From contig CAZDFS010000008.1 in NCBI GenBank assembly GCA_964504865.1, forward strand, positions 6,711 through 70,710: a DNA stretch of 64,000 nt, in the 5' to 3' direction. This stretch comes from an uncultured Wenzhouxiangella sp. GTDB taxonomy: Bacteria; Pseudomonadota; Gammaproteobacteria; Xanthomonadales; Wenzhouxiangellaceae. A program made the translations under genes and the position numbers. Every line of letters starts with the position of its first letter. Position 1 is the first letter of the stretch. A model generated the notes under the pieces. The model made no database searches and had not been told where the DNA came from. It saw only the letters and a list, made by a program, of their open reading frames with translations. Shown one piece after another: positions 8,523 through 18,705 of this stretch.

Positions 8523-10733
8523 TCAGTAGCGAACGTCGGCGAACAGCGGGTAGGGCCGACGCCCCAGGCTGCCCAGACCTTTCAGGTGCAGCTCGACGAA
8601 GACCGCCGTCCGGCGCTGGGCATCGCGGTCGCGAACGTAGTCCCGGCCGATCAGACGTACCGCCCAGCAGCAGCTTTCGTACTCGATGCCGGCGAGCAGC
8701 TCCAGCGGCTCATCGTCCTCGAAGGAGTAGTTCGCGCGACCGATCAGGGCCAGATTATCCCTCACCGGCAGGCGGAAGCGGACATCGGCCTGATCGACGC
8801 GCTCGCGCCGGAACCGATAGCCCAGGGCCAACTGGACGCCGCGCTGCGGACGATAACTCAGACCAAATTGCGCCACGCGGGTTTCATCGGCTTCGCTGTC
8901 CCACTCCAGCCCGGCGCTGGCGATGATGGCCTGGGCCGGGCGCCAGTTGAGCTCGGCGACGGTCGCCGAGCGATTACGGTCGGAATCGGGTTGACCGCTC
9001 AGGCCGACCCGGAGGTCGCGAAAATAAAAGATCTGCCCGATGCTGAAGTCGACGAGTGATCGACCGTTCTGCTGATCGATCACCCGGGTGGTCAGGGCGG
9101 CGGTGAGCTGGTTGGCATCGCCCTGGCGATCGGGGCCCGAGAAGCGGTTATCGCTAAACAGCTGACTGAACCCAAAGGTCAACTCGCGCGTATCGAAATC
9201 GGGCAGATCGCTCTGATCTCGGAACGGTGCATAGAGATAGAACAAGCGCGGTTCCAGGGTCTGGACCCGGCCCTTGCTCAGGGGGCGTTCGAAGATCAGA
9301 CCACCGTCCAGGCTGGCAATCGGGAGATTGCGCGAGAGGCTGTTGTCGTCGGCACCGCTGAGCTGGTAGGCCGTCGAGCGAAAGCCGATGGTCGGGCGCA
9401 GGAAGCTGCCTGGCGTGATCCAGTTGTAGCGCAGGCGCGGATAGAGATCCATACGCGCGCCGGTGACACCTTCGTCGCGATCGAAGTAGACCACTTCCGA
9501 GTCCAGCTGGAAATCCAGCTGCTGGGTCAGGGGATGGTCGACGTTGAACAGCAGCCGGGGCAGGCGCCGATAGGGCTCGCGCGCCTCCGTGACCGTGTCG
9601 TCGAGCACCTGAAAGGTATCGGCGCTGAGGCTCAGGGCCCAGGTCCTGCCGCTGCCCCTGAGGGCGGCCGAGGACCGCAGGAACTGGAGCGCTGAATCGG
9701 CGAGATCCCCGCCCAGGTCGAGAAAATAGTTCTCATCACTGGCGCGCCGCAGATTGGCGTCGAAACGCCAGCCGGAGGCCAGGCTGGCGGCGTACTCGAA
9801 CTGGCCGAAATAGCGCGATTCATCCTCTTCCCGATCGTCAGGTAGAACTTCGATGTCGAGCTGTCCGCGCTGACGCGGCGTCAGAAAGCGATACTGGGCC
9901 CCCAGCATGGCCCCGCGATCCTGGATCCAGCGGGGGGTGAACGTCGCATCCTGATTGGGCGCGATATTCCAGTACCACGGTGCGCCGAGGTCGAAGCCGT
10001 CGTCGCTTGAAAAGCCGAAGCGCGGATAGAGAAACCCGCTCTTGCGCCGATCGTCGAGGGGAAAGCTGAGCCAGGGCGAGTAGAAGATCGGCACGCCCTT
10101 GAAGTCCAGGCGCGCATTGCGAGCAACGCCGCGGCCCGTGTCGAGATCCAGATCGACGCTCGAGGCCTTCAGCTCCCAATCCGGGTCGCTCGGGTCGCAG
10201 GTGGTGAAGTCGAAGACTTCGACCTCGGCGCGGCTCTCGCTCAGCAGCTCGACGACCCCGGCCGAACCGCTGCCTTCGCCGCGCTGGAAGCGATATTCGA
10301 CCCCTTCGAAGCGACCTCGATTCTCGCCGGTGACGACCCAGCCGGAATTCGCCTGCAGGTCGATCAGCGCATCGGTGTAATTGAGCCACCCGGGACTGTC
10401 GATACGACCGGTCACGCTGTCGTAGATCAGCTCATCGGTGGTCAGGCGCTGATCACCCTGCTCGACGCGCACGTCGTTGCGAAAGCGGATCGGTTGCTCG
10501 GGGGCGGACTCGACCACTTCAGCATCGAGCTGGAGCGGCAGGTTGGGATCACGCTGCAGCGCCGGCGGCGGCGCCTCACTCCGGAGCGGCGCGCAGCTCA
10601 GTGCCGAGGGCTGACTGTCGCCGTCCTGGGCCAGGGCAGGCAGGGGCAGGCCAAAGCAGAGAATCAGCCCGAGGGGCGCGATGCGGGTCAAGGACTTGTT
10701 CCGGGAGACACGAATAACCGCTAAAGGTCGCAC
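8523..10733 (-). CDS. lptD: LPS-assembly outer membrane protein LptD
   Basis: 736 aa. Signal peptide, OstA-like N-domain and a large aromatic-rich beta-barrel. Conserved position upstream of surA. Confidence 0.9.
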   Translation of the reverse strand: MRPLAVIRVSRNKSLTRIAPLGLILCFGLPLPALAQDGDSQPSALSCAPLRSEAPPPALQRDPNLPLQLDAEVVESAPEQPIRFRNDVRVEQGDQRLTTDELIYDSVTGRIDSPGWLNYTDALIDLQANSGWVVTGENRGRFEGVEYRFQRGEGSGSAGVVELLSESRAEVEVFDFTTCDPSDPDWELKASSVDLDLDTGRGVARNARLDFKGVPIFYSPWLSFPLDDRRKSGFLYPRFGFSSDDGFDLGAPWYWNIAPNQDATFTPRWIQDRGAMLGAQYRFLTPRQRGQLDIEVLPDDREEDESRYFGQFEYAASLASGWRFDANLRRASDENYFLDLGGDLADSALQFLRSSAALRGSGRTWALSLSADTFQVLDDTVTEAREPYRRLPRLLFNVDHPLTQQLDFQLDSEVVYFDRDEGVTGARMDLYPRLRYNWITPGSFLRPTIGFRSTAYQLSGADDNSLSRNLPIASLDGGLIFERPLSKGRVQTLEPRLFYLYAPFRDQSDLPDFDTRELTFGFSQLFSDNRFSGPDRQGDANQLTAALTTRVIDQQNGRSLVDFSIGQIFYFRDLRVGLSGQPDSDRNRSATVAELNWRPAQAIIASAGLEWDSEADETRVAQFGLSYRPQRGVQLALGYRFRRERVDQADVRFRLPVRDNLALIGRANYSFEDDEPLELLAGIEYESCCWAVRLIGRDYVRDRDAQRRTAVFVELHLKGLGSLGRRPYPLFADVRY

Positions 10734-10791
10734 AAGCGCTGCGCAAGTGCAATCATCGAGTGCAATCCCCCCATGCCAGCACCCGGCGAAC

Positions 10792-11799
10792 TCATCGAAT
10801 CACCCCCTGACGCAGAAACTCCGAGCGCGCTTCGGGCGCCGCGTCTGCCAACTCGCGCACGCGCTCATGGAAACAGACCATCGAGCCCTCGCACTGCTGT
10901 AGCAGGGCCTCGAATGCCGCCACCCCCTGACGATAGGTCGCGACGAGCGCCAGGCTAGCGTTGTTCAGCGCCCGCTCGCTCCAGCGGCTCGGCCGCGCTT
11001 GTCCCGACGCTGCATCGAGCGCAACAAGATCGGCCCGCAGCCGAGCGATGCGACGGGCCTTGAAATCGGCCAGGGCCTGCTGATCGTCCCGGCGCTCGGC
11101 ATAGCCCTGGCGAAGGTCCTCGCGCGCGGCCAGCATGAGCGCGACCACCGCGTCGCGCCTGGCCTGGCCTTCGCGCCAGGACCGCAGGGCCGCAGTATCG
11201 TCCCTGGCGCCAAGCCAGCGCTCGACGCCCACCCGCTCGACGGTCGTGGCATAGGCCTCGTTGAAGGCCGTCTCGCCTTTGACATAGAGTGCTTCATGGG
11301 TCAGCTCATGGAAGAGGAATCCGGCCAGATCGGCCTCGCTCCAGGCCAGCATGGTATTGAGCACGGGATCATCGAACCAGCCCAGCGTCGAATAGGCCAC
11401 CGCCGGCGAGACGATGACATCCAGGCCCTCGACGGCCAGCGCTCGTGCCTTTTCCTGTGCGTCCTTGTGATCAAAGTACCCGCGATAAGCCACGCAGCCT
11501 GCGATCGGGTAGCACCAGGTGACCGGGTCCAGGGAATAGCGGCCCGCCGCAATCACATTCCAGACCGCCGCCGGCCGCTCGAGGTCAGCGTAGTGGCGGT
11601 AGGAACGGCTCGCCGGCAGTCCCAGCTCGGCGACCGCGAAGGCCCGGACCTCGAGGACCTGTCTCAGGCGTCGGGCGAGAACCGGGTCGGTCGAGGGATC
11701 GGCCAGCAGATCTGCGATATGCTCGCGTCTGGCCAGAAGATCGATCTGACCCCCGGCCGCCTGACCGTACCAGCGAAGGTGGGCGCAGCCACTGAGCAT
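10792..11799 (-). CDS. Putative zinc aminopeptidase (DUF2265/Aminopep-like), probable lipoprotein
   Basis: HELTHE (HExxH) motif and ...VVLCLWGMLSGC lipobox-like N-terminus. The track ORF (to 12204) has an implausible Arg/Ser-rich extension that overlaps the divergent gene. The true start is at or just upstream of ATG 11799. Confidence 0.65.
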   Translation of the reverse strand: MLSGCAHLRWYGQAAGGQIDLLARREHIADLLADPSTDPVLARRLRQVLEVRAFAVAELGLPASRSYRHYADLERPAAVWNVIAAGRYSLDPVTWCYPIAGCVAYRGYFDHKDAQEKARALAVEGLDVIVSPAVAYSTLGWFDDPVLNTMLAWSEADLAGFLFHELTHEALYVKGETAFNEAYATTVERVGVERWLGARDDTAALRSWREGQARRDAVVALMLAAREDLRQGYAERRDDQQALADFKARRIARLRADLVALDAASGQARPSRWSERALNNASLALVATYRQGVAAFEALLQQCEGSMVCFHERVRELADAAPEARSEFLRQGVIR

Positions 11800-11827
11800 C
11801 CCCCACAGACACAGGACGACCACGACC

Positions 11828-12628
11828 TTGATCCAGACCCTGCACGATCCCCGCCAGTCCCCCAGGGCCGCCGCGGACGACTGGTACCTGAACGATGACT
11901 TCTGGCGTCGTTTCGGCTCACTGATGTTCAATGAAGAGACCTTTGCGCAGGCAGCGGAGGAAATGGACGCGCTGGTCGGCCAGCTCGGGCTGTCGGCCGG
12001 ACAGGTTCTTGACCTGGGCTGCGGACCCGGTCGCCACGCCCTGCCCACGGCCGCCCAAGGGTATCGGGTCACGGCGGTCGACACCAGCCCGTCCCTGCTG
12101 GACGAACTCAAGGCACGCAGCAGCGATGAGCAGGCGATCGAGGTGGTCCGCGCCGACATGCGCGAATTCACTCGACCGGGCACCTTCGATCTGATCCTGA
12201 TCATGTGGACCAGCTTCGGGTATTTCGACGAGGAGTCCGATCACGATCGCGTCCTCGAACGCTGCGTCGAGAATCTGACCGAGGACGGTCGCCTGGTCCT
12301 CGATCTGGTGGGCGTCGAGTACCTCGCCCGCCACCTCCAGCCGGTCCACCTGACCGAGTACGACGACGGTCGGCTCCTGATCGAGCGACCGGTCCTCGTC
12401 GATGACCTTCGCCGCCTCGACAATGACTGGATGCTGATCGACGGCGATCGAGTCTATCGCACGCACATCAGCCATCGAGTCTGGTCAGCCGGAGAGATCA
12501 GCGCCCTGCTCCGCCAGCATGGACTGGACATCGAATCGATTCAGGGCGGTTTTCACGGCGAGCCCTACGACCTGGATGCGGAGCGTCTGATCGTCATCGC
12601 CCGCAAGAGGGAGACACCCCAACCATGA
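11828..12628 (+). CDS. Class I SAM-dependent methyltransferase
   Basis: VLDLGCGPGRH motif I and VTAVDTSPSLL motif II. Start is uncertain: TTG at 11828 or ATG at 11924. Confidence 0.75.
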   Translation: MIQTLHDPRQSPRAAADDWYLNDDFWRRFGSLMFNEETFAQAAEEMDALVGQLGLSAGQVLDLGCGPGRHALPTAAQGYRVTAVDTSPSLLDELKARSSDEQAIEVVRADMREFTRPGTFDLILIMWTSFGYFDEESDHDRVLERCVENLTEDGRLVLDLVGVEYLARHLQPVHLTEYDDGRLLIERPVLVDDLRRLDNDWMLIDGDRVYRTHISHRVWSAGEISALLRQHGLDIESIQGGFHGEPYDLDAERLIVIARKRETPQP

Positions 12629-13194
12629 TGGAACCGAGACCCGGTAACGATGCGCTGGCCCGCCTGGACATGGCCCAGCTTGTGGTGGTCGACGTGCAGG
12701 GCAAGCTGGCGCGATTGATGCGCAACAGCGAGGCCATGATCGGCCAACTCAGCCGCCTGATCCAGGCGGCTCGACTCCTCGATCTACCCGTGGTCTGGGT
12801 CGAGCAGCTGCCCGACAAGCTCGGCCCGACCGTGCCGGAAATCGCCGAGGTGCTCGACGGCCTGGCGCCGCTGAGCAAGTCCAGCTTCGGCTGCTGCGGC
12901 GATGAACAGGTGATGGCAAGGATCGAAGCCGCCGGCCGTCGCCAGGTGCTGCTCTGCGGCATCGAAACCCATGTCTGTGTCTGGCAGACGGCCCGGGAAC
13001 TGCGCCATGCCGGCTATGACGTTCACCTGATCGCCGACGCCTCGTCGTCGCGTTCGGAGCTCAATCGCGACATTGCCTGGCGCCGCATGGAAGGGATCGG
13101 GGTCAAGCTCAGCTGCGTCGAGATGGCGCTGTTCGAGCTGATGGTCAGCGCCGACCATCCGCGCTTTCGCGACGTCAGCCGGCTGCTCAAATAG
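12625..13194 (+). CDS. Isochorismatase-family cysteine hydrolase
   Basis: 189 aa. VVVDVQ N-terminal motif and LLCGIETHVCV catalytic Cys context. 4-nt overlap with the methyltransferase. Confidence 0.8.
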   Translation: MMEPRPGNDALARLDMAQLVVVDVQGKLARLMRNSEAMIGQLSRLIQAARLLDLPVVWVEQLPDKLGPTVPEIAEVLDGLAPLSKSSFGCCGDEQVMARIEAAGRRQVLLCGIETHVCVWQTARELRHAGYDVHLIADASSSRSELNRDIAWRRMEGIGVKLSCVEMALFELMVSADHPRFRDVSRLLK

Positions 13195-13200
13195 GCCGCG

Positions 13201-13956
13201 CTACATGCTCAGCGTGCGGCCCCCATCCACCGCCAGAAGCTGGCCGGTGATGTAGGGCGCATCCAGGGCCAGGAAGCAGACCGCGCCGGCGACGTCTTCG
13301 GGCCGGCCCAGATGACCCAGGGGAATCTTTGCAAGCGTCGCAGCGGCCGCCGCGGGAGCGCCCTCCTTTTCCGGCCAGAGGATGGCCCCGGGGGCGACGG
13401 CGTTGACCCGAATCGAAGGCGCGAGATCCTTTGCCATCGCCCTGGTCTGCATGATCAGCCCGGCTTTCGCCTGGCAGTAGATCGTGTGCTCGGCCAGCGG
13501 CACCAGGCCGTGGATATCGACGAGATTGACGATGGCGCCACCGCGCCGGGCCAGATGAGGCCTCGCGGCCCTGGACAGAAAATAGGGGGCGCGCAGATTG
13601 CTCGCCATCAAGTCGTCCCAGGTGCCCAGGCTGGCCTCGTCGATGGCGTTCGGATAGAACGCCGAGGCGTTGTTGACCAACACATCGATTCGGCCGAAGC
13701 GCTCGAGCGCGGACCGCACGAGAAGCTCGGGCGCCGCGGGATCGGTGAGATCGGCCTGGACCGCGTGCGCAGAATCCGGTCGCTGAGCGTTGAGATCGCT
13801 GATCAGCTCGTCGGCCTGGTGGCGCGATCGGCGGTAGTGGACGAGGACCCTCAGGCCGCGCGCGTGGAGCTGTCGCACCGTCGTGGCGCCGATGCGTTTG
13901 GCCGCACCCGTTACAATCGCCACCTGCCCGGCCCGAGCTGTCGAATTCGATGTCAT
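13201..13956 (-). CDS. Short-chain dehydrogenase, pteridine reductase (FolM/PTR1-like)
   Basis: TGAAKRIG Rossmann motif, NNAS and YCQAK (YxxxK) motifs. Start taken at MTSNSTARAG (ATG 13956) rather than the track start at 14007. Confidence 0.72.
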   Translation of the reverse strand: MTSNSTARAGQVAIVTGAAKRIGATTVRQLHARGLRVLVHYRRSRHQADELISDLNAQRPDSAHAVQADLTDPAAPELLVRSALERFGRIDVLVNNASAFYPNAIDEASLGTWDDLMASNLRAPYFLSRAARPHLARRGGAIVNLVDIHGLVPLAEHTIYCQAKAGLIMQTRAMAKDLAPSIRVNAVAPGAILWPEKEGAPAAAAATLAKIPLGHLGRPEDVAGAVCFLALDAPYITGQLLAVDGGRTLSM

Positions 13957-15119
13957 CGCGTGATCCGTCCCTGAGCCTGCCGCCGCCGCCCGCCGAGCTG
14001 CAGGCACTGAGCGATCAATTGTGCACGAGGATCATCAACGAGATCGATCGCACGGGGCCGATGCCCTTCGATCGCTACATGGCCCTGGCCCTGTACGAGC
14101 CCGGACTGGGGTACTACGTCAACGGCCTGCACAAGTTCGGCGCCGCGGGCGATTTCGTCACCGCGCCGGAGCAAGGGGGTCTCTTTGCCGCCTGCCTGGC
14201 CCGCCAGATCGACGCCCTGCCCGACGAGATCGGCGAGACGATCGTGGAGCTTGGCGCCGGTTCGGGCGCCCTCGCGCACGACCTGCTGCTGGCCCTCGAA
14301 CGCCCTCCCCGACGCTATCGGATCCTCGAGCCGAGTGCCGCACTTCGCCAGGTGCAGCAGGAACGCCTCGCCAAGCTCCCCGCCGCCCTGAGAGCGCGCG
14401 TGGAGTGGATCGCCGCCCCGCCCGAGTCGCCCTTCGACGGCGTGATCCTGGCCAACGAAGTACTCGACGCCCTGCCGGTCAGCGCCTTCCAGATCGAGGA
14501 TGGCGCGCTCTGCGAGCGCTGTGTGGAAGCGAAGGAAGACCGCCTCGCCTGGACACTTCGGCCCGCCGGCGAGCGTCTGGTCATGGCCGTCGAAGCGCTC
14601 CAGACCGAGCTGGGCCGTCGCTTTCCCGATGGCTACAGCAGCGAGATCAACCTGCGCCTGGGCGCCTGGCTCGACGAGGTCACGCGCAGCCTTCGCCACG
14701 GCGTCGCCTTGCTCATCGACTACGGCTATCCGCGCCAGGAGTTCTATCACCCCGATCGCGCCGACGGCACCCTGGTCTGCCACTACCGCCATCGGGCCCA
14801 CTTCGATCCCTTCGTCTGGCCGGGACTGACCGACCTGTCGACCTTCGTCGATTTCACCGCGGTGGCCGAGGCCGCCTGCGATCACGGCCTCGAGATCGGC
14901 GGCTTCACCTCGCAGGCCGGGTTCCTGCTGAGCCTGGAGATCCAGGACTTCGTCGAAGCCGCCGTGAGCGACACCGATCGCCTGCGCCTGGCCGGCGAAG
15001 TCAAGCGCCTCACCCTGCCGGCCGAGATGGGCGAGAAATTCAAGGTCATCGCGCTCACTCGCGCTTTCGATGCCCCCCTGCAGGGCTTCAGCTTCATGGA
15101 TCAGCTCGCCCGTCTCTGA
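13950..15119 (+). CDS. MidA/NDUFAF7-family (DUF185) SAM-dependent methyltransferase
   Basis: 389 aa. ...FDRYMALALYEPGLGYYV...GDFVTAPE...ELGAGSGALA..., the characteristic DUF185 N-terminal half. Confidence 0.8.
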   Translation: MSSRDPSLSLPPPPAELQALSDQLCTRIINEIDRTGPMPFDRYMALALYEPGLGYYVNGLHKFGAAGDFVTAPEQGGLFAACLARQIDALPDEIGETIVELGAGSGALAHDLLLALERPPRRYRILEPSAALRQVQQERLAKLPAALRARVEWIAAPPESPFDGVILANEVLDALPVSAFQIEDGALCERCVEAKEDRLAWTLRPAGERLVMAVEALQTELGRRFPDGYSSEINLRLGAWLDEVTRSLRHGVALLIDYGYPRQEFYHPDRADGTLVCHYRHRAHFDPFVWPGLTDLSTFVDFTAVAEAACDHGLEIGGFTSQAGFLLSLEIQDFVEAAVSDTDRLRLAGEVKRLTLPAEMGEKFKVIALTRAFDAPLQGFSFMDQLARL

Positions 15120-15233
15120 GAGCGGGCAACGCCTGGTCCTTGGCGGTCCGGCAAGAAAAATCTCGTGACGTGTGCGCTTTCGCGTAGTGCGGGCGTTGTT
15201 CAAGGCGACACCCGAACCTGCCGAGAGCCGCCC

Positions 15234-16358
15234 ATGTTTCGACTTGCGATGCTAGCGTCCGTCCTCCTCCCCGCCCTCCTTCACGCCGAGGTGTTCTGCG
15301 TCTCGAGCGCCGTCGAGTTCCAGGCCGCCCTGAACGCGGCCAGGAATAACGGCGAAAGCGACGAAATCCGTCTCCAGGACGGCGTCTATACGCCACCTTC
15401 CGCGCAGGGTTTCAGCTTCGGCCTCCAGGAGAACGCATCGACGACCATCTCCGGCGGATGGAGCAATGTCGGCCCGTCCGAATGCGTGATCCAGACTCAG
15501 GGACCCACGGTCACCAGCATCGATGGCGGGGATACTCGACAGCTGTTCAAAGTCTCCGGGGCGCTGCCGGAAACGCTCGGTGACCTGACGATCAAGAATC
15601 TGAGCTTTCGCAACGGTCTTGGACCCCCCGATTCCAGTCAGGGGGCCGTCCACCTGGGACTGCCCGCCAATGACGGTCGGATCCTGATCGATCGCGTGCT
15701 GTTCAGCAGCAACACGGGCATCAGTGGTGCTGCGCTGACCGCCCTTGGCATGGCTCGGCTGACGGTGCGCAATTCGGTTTTCCAGTTCAATGATGTCACG
15801 CAGAACCAGGGCGTGATCAACGTGGCTCTGAACCGTGACGATCAGCGCTTCTACTTCGTCAACAATACGGTGATCGATAACGTCAACAGCAACGGTGAAA
15901 GCACGCGCTGCTCGGGGCTCTGGGTCTCTGCCGTCACCGACAACACCTCACCCGATACGCTGATCGCCAACAACATTTTCTGGGGCAACGACGCCTTCGA
16001 CGCCTGCATGCCGGCCCGGGGCGATAGCTACCTGCTCAACAACAACATTCAGGACCAGTACCTTTCGGCAACCGTCGAGATCGGGAACCTGTCGACCAAC
16101 CCGCTGCTGGCGCCTCAGATCATCGACTACACGCCGCAGCCCGGGTCTCCCATGGTCAATGCGGGCTTGAACGAGCCGGTGCAGCTGCTTCCCGATCCGG
16201 ACATCACCGAAGACTGGAGCCACGGCAACACGGATTTCGACGGCGGCGCCTTCGGCCGCGTCGTGGAGGGCCGGGTGGACATCGGGGCCGTTGAATCCAC
16301 GTTCATCGACCGCATCCACTGCGACCGATTCCATGTCGAGCTCGACTGCAGCAACTAG
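15234..16358 (+). CDS. Secreted right-handed beta-helix repeat protein (choice-of-anchor-Q-like), paralog 1
   Basis: Signal peptide MFRLAMLASVLLPALLHA. Repeated N-x-hydrophobic rungs (RNSVFQFN, NNTVIDN, ANNIFWGND) and a C-terminal VDIGAVES motif. Start chosen at ATG 15234. Confidence 0.6.
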   Translation: MFRLAMLASVLLPALLHAEVFCVSSAVEFQAALNAARNNGESDEIRLQDGVYTPPSAQGFSFGLQENASTTISGGWSNVGPSECVIQTQGPTVTSIDGGDTRQLFKVSGALPETLGDLTIKNLSFRNGLGPPDSSQGAVHLGLPANDGRILIDRVLFSSNTGISGAALTALGMARLTVRNSVFQFNDVTQNQGVINVALNRDDQRFYFVNNTVIDNVNSNGESTRCSGLWVSAVTDNTSPDTLIANNIFWGNDAFDACMPARGDSYLLNNNIQDQYLSATVEIGNLSTNPLLAPQIIDYTPQPGSPMVNAGLNEPVQLLPDPDITEDWSHGNTDFDGGAFGRVVEGRVDIGAVESTFIDRIHCDRFHVELDCSN

Positions 16359-16521
16359 GCCAGAACAAGACCCTCGAGCTCGATGAGTGCAAATGCCCCT
16401 CGCACTTGCCGCAGCCTCGGACCAGCGCTGGATCGACGAACCCAGCGGATACCCTTCGGCCCGTGTGCGTTTTCAAGCGCCATGGCATTGACTACAGGGC
16501 ATCTCATCGGGACTTCTAACC

Positions 16522-17709
16522 ATGGCAATACGACTGCTGATCATCTTCTTGTTGAACCTGCCGCTGACCGCGCTGGCCGAGACCTTCTGCGTCGGCACGA
16601 CCAGCGAATTCCGTAGCGCCCTGCAGACGGCGTTCAACAACGGGGAGGACGACGAGATTCGCCTCCGGCCCGGCACCTATCTTTCCAGCGAGGGAACCGG
16701 CCTCATTGCCGATCTGGAAGTCGATCGCAGCCTGGTGATTTCGGGGGGCTGGAGCGATTTCAACGGCATCGGGTGTTTCAGCCAGTTCCTGAGCAACCCC
16801 TTCGACACGGTAATCGACGGCGAGGATCAGAGCAGCGGCATCGCCGTGAGCGCGTCCGACATCGGCAGTACCGCCTCCCTGGTCATCAGGAACCTGAGCA
16901 TCGTTCAAGCCGCCGCCGGGAGTACGACCGCCGGCGTCAGGATCGCTGGCCAGGGCGGCTTTGCCGGGGAAATCCTGATCGACCGGGTGCGTTTCGCGGG
17001 GAACCATGGCAGCGACGGTGCGGCGATCTGGGCCGACGGCGGCAACAAGGTGACCATTCGAAACTCTGTTTTCCAGTTCAACCGCACCGCCGGCGGCGGC
17101 GGTACGATCAGCATCCTGCTGCGCGCTGAAGATCAGGGCCTGTATTTCATCAACAATACGGTCATTTCCAACGGCTCCGATCTGACCAGCCCCTCGGGCT
17201 CGGCAACGTCGGGCTTGAGCGTCAGCCTGATGCAGTCCGGTGACGACATTCCGCAGGCGCTGGTCGCCAACAACCTGTTCTGGGATAACGACCTCGCCGA
17301 CATGTTCTTCTCCTTCAGCGGCGGCATCAAGTACGTCTACAACAACAACTATCAGCAGCTACTGGGCTCGGTTCAGAACCTGGCCGACAATCTTTCACTC
17401 CCACCACGACTCTCACCCCTGCTGCTCGATTACACGCCCGAGGCGGACTCCCCGCTGATCGACCGGGGGCTCCCGGCCCCCGCCCTGAGAGGGGGTGTGT
17501 TCCTGCTGGACTGGAGCTACGGCCCCCAGGACTTCCTGCCCGGCTTTCCCGGCCGGGTCAATGGCGACCGCGTCGATATCGGCGCCGTCGAATCGCCGTT
17601 CGTCGATCGCCTCTTCAACGACCGGTTCCAGGGCGGTTTCGGGCCCTTCGGCTGCTCGATCGACCCGGCCGTCTCCAACCCCGACGCAGGCCGATGCGGC
17701 GCCTTATGA
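16522..17709 (+). CDS. Secreted right-handed beta-helix repeat protein, paralog 2
   Basis: Collinear with paralog 1: ETFCV..., DDEIRL, ISGGWS, RNSVFQFN, NNTVISN, ANNLFWDND, VDIGAVES. Confidence 0.6.
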   Translation: MAIRLLIIFLLNLPLTALAETFCVGTTSEFRSALQTAFNNGEDDEIRLRPGTYLSSEGTGLIADLEVDRSLVISGGWSDFNGIGCFSQFLSNPFDTVIDGEDQSSGIAVSASDIGSTASLVIRNLSIVQAAAGSTTAGVRIAGQGGFAGEILIDRVRFAGNHGSDGAAIWADGGNKVTIRNSVFQFNRTAGGGGTISILLRAEDQGLYFINNTVISNGSDLTSPSGSATSGLSVSLMQSGDDIPQALVANNLFWDNDLADMFFSFSGGIKYVYNNNYQQLLGSVQNLADNLSLPPRLSPLLLDYTPEADSPLIDRGLPAPALRGGVFLLDWSYGPQDFLPGFPGRVNGDRVDIGAVESPFVDRLFNDRFQGGFGPFGCSIDPAVSNPDAGRCGAL

Positions 17710-18656
17710 CGCTCCGACAGACTCGCATCGCCTTTCGCTTCCTGTTCCTGCTCCCGGCAGCCGCCCTGGGACTGGCGCTGTTCGCCACGGGCCTCCTGCG
17801 CAGCATCGCCCAGTTTGGTGGCGCGGCGATCCCGGAGGACACGATGTCGGGGCCGGCAGCTCTGGCGCTGTCCCTGCTGCCGCTGACCGCCGTCGCGCTC
17901 ATCGCCTGGGTGCTGATCCGCCGCCCGCAGAAACTGCCCCCTCCATCAGCCGCTTCAATCGCACCCGCGCTCGGCACCGGCGAGGAAGGGCCTGCACGAG
18001 GCCCGGCATCGGCACGGCGCTTCGACCTCGGTCACATTCGACCCCATGTCGACGCGCTGGGCCTTGAGCTGGAGAGCGAGAGGGCCAGGCCGTCGATCGC
18101 GCTCGTGAAGGAGCACCGCTGGGCACCCGGCTACCTGCTGGCGGCGCTCGTTATCGTGCTGGCGGCCTGGCTGCTGCCTCCGAGTCTGGCGGCGGGCAGC
18201 CTGGCGCCGGCACCGATCAATGGGGGCCTTCTCGGCGTCGGCATCTGGATCGCCCTGGTTCCTCTGCTCCTCGCCCTGCCCCTGTCCGACCGCCGCGTGG
18301 AGTTGAATCCCGATCGCGACGAAATCCGGATCCTCGAAGGCCGCCGGGTCCGCGTCCTCGGGCTGTCAAGGTTGCTGTCCCTGGAAGTCCGTACGATGTC
18401 GGAGTCAATGCGCGACAGCGAAATCCAGGCGCCGAGCTCGACGCGCCGACACGCCTTGCTGATCGCATGGATCGAGGCTGACGGCCGCGGGCCAACTCCG
18501 TTCACGCTGATCGGCGGTCCCAGGCAGCAATGCCTTGATCGAGCCCGGAGCGATGAAGCGCGCATGACCGAAATTGCGGCAGGCCTGGCGCGAGGACTTG
18601 GGTGTTCAACGGGTCAACCCGACGGGGCCAACGGCGACGAAGCTCCTTACGACTGA
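17694..18656 (+). CDS. Hypothetical multi-pass membrane protein
   Basis: 320 aa with about 4 hydrophobic helices. Overlaps the end of beta-helix paralog 2 by 16 nt, suggesting an operon. I recognise no family. Confidence 0.45.
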   Translation: MRRLMTLRQTRIAFRFLFLLPAAALGLALFATGLLRSIAQFGGAAIPEDTMSGPAALALSLLPLTAVALIAWVLIRRPQKLPPPSAASIAPALGTGEEGPARGPASARRFDLGHIRPHVDALGLELESERARPSIALVKEHRWAPGYLLAALVIVLAAWLLPPSLAAGSLAPAPINGGLLGVGIWIALVPLLLALPLSDRRVELNPDRDEIRILEGRRVRVLGLSRLLSLEVRTMSESMRDSEIQAPSSTRRHALLIAWIEADGRGPTPFTLIGGPRQQCLDRARSDEARMTEIAAGLARGLGCSTGQPDGANGDEAPYD

Positions 18657-18705
18657 AGACTCGGCGCCGATGGGAGCTGCCCGGAGCAGCGCTGGGCCGT
18701 TCGGC

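Noticed and set aside
10792-12204. Full 470-aa version of the aminopeptidase ORF
   Set aside because: The first ~135 residues are Arg/Ser-rich and overlap the divergent methyltransferase gene. The recognisable protein begins at the lipobox-like ...LCLWGMLSGC.
13953-15203. 416-aa minus-strand and 388-aa plus-strand ORFs over the MidA gene
   Set aside because: They are shadow frames of a gene with a clear DUF185/MidA signature. Their composition is dominated by Arg, Gly, Ala and Pro.
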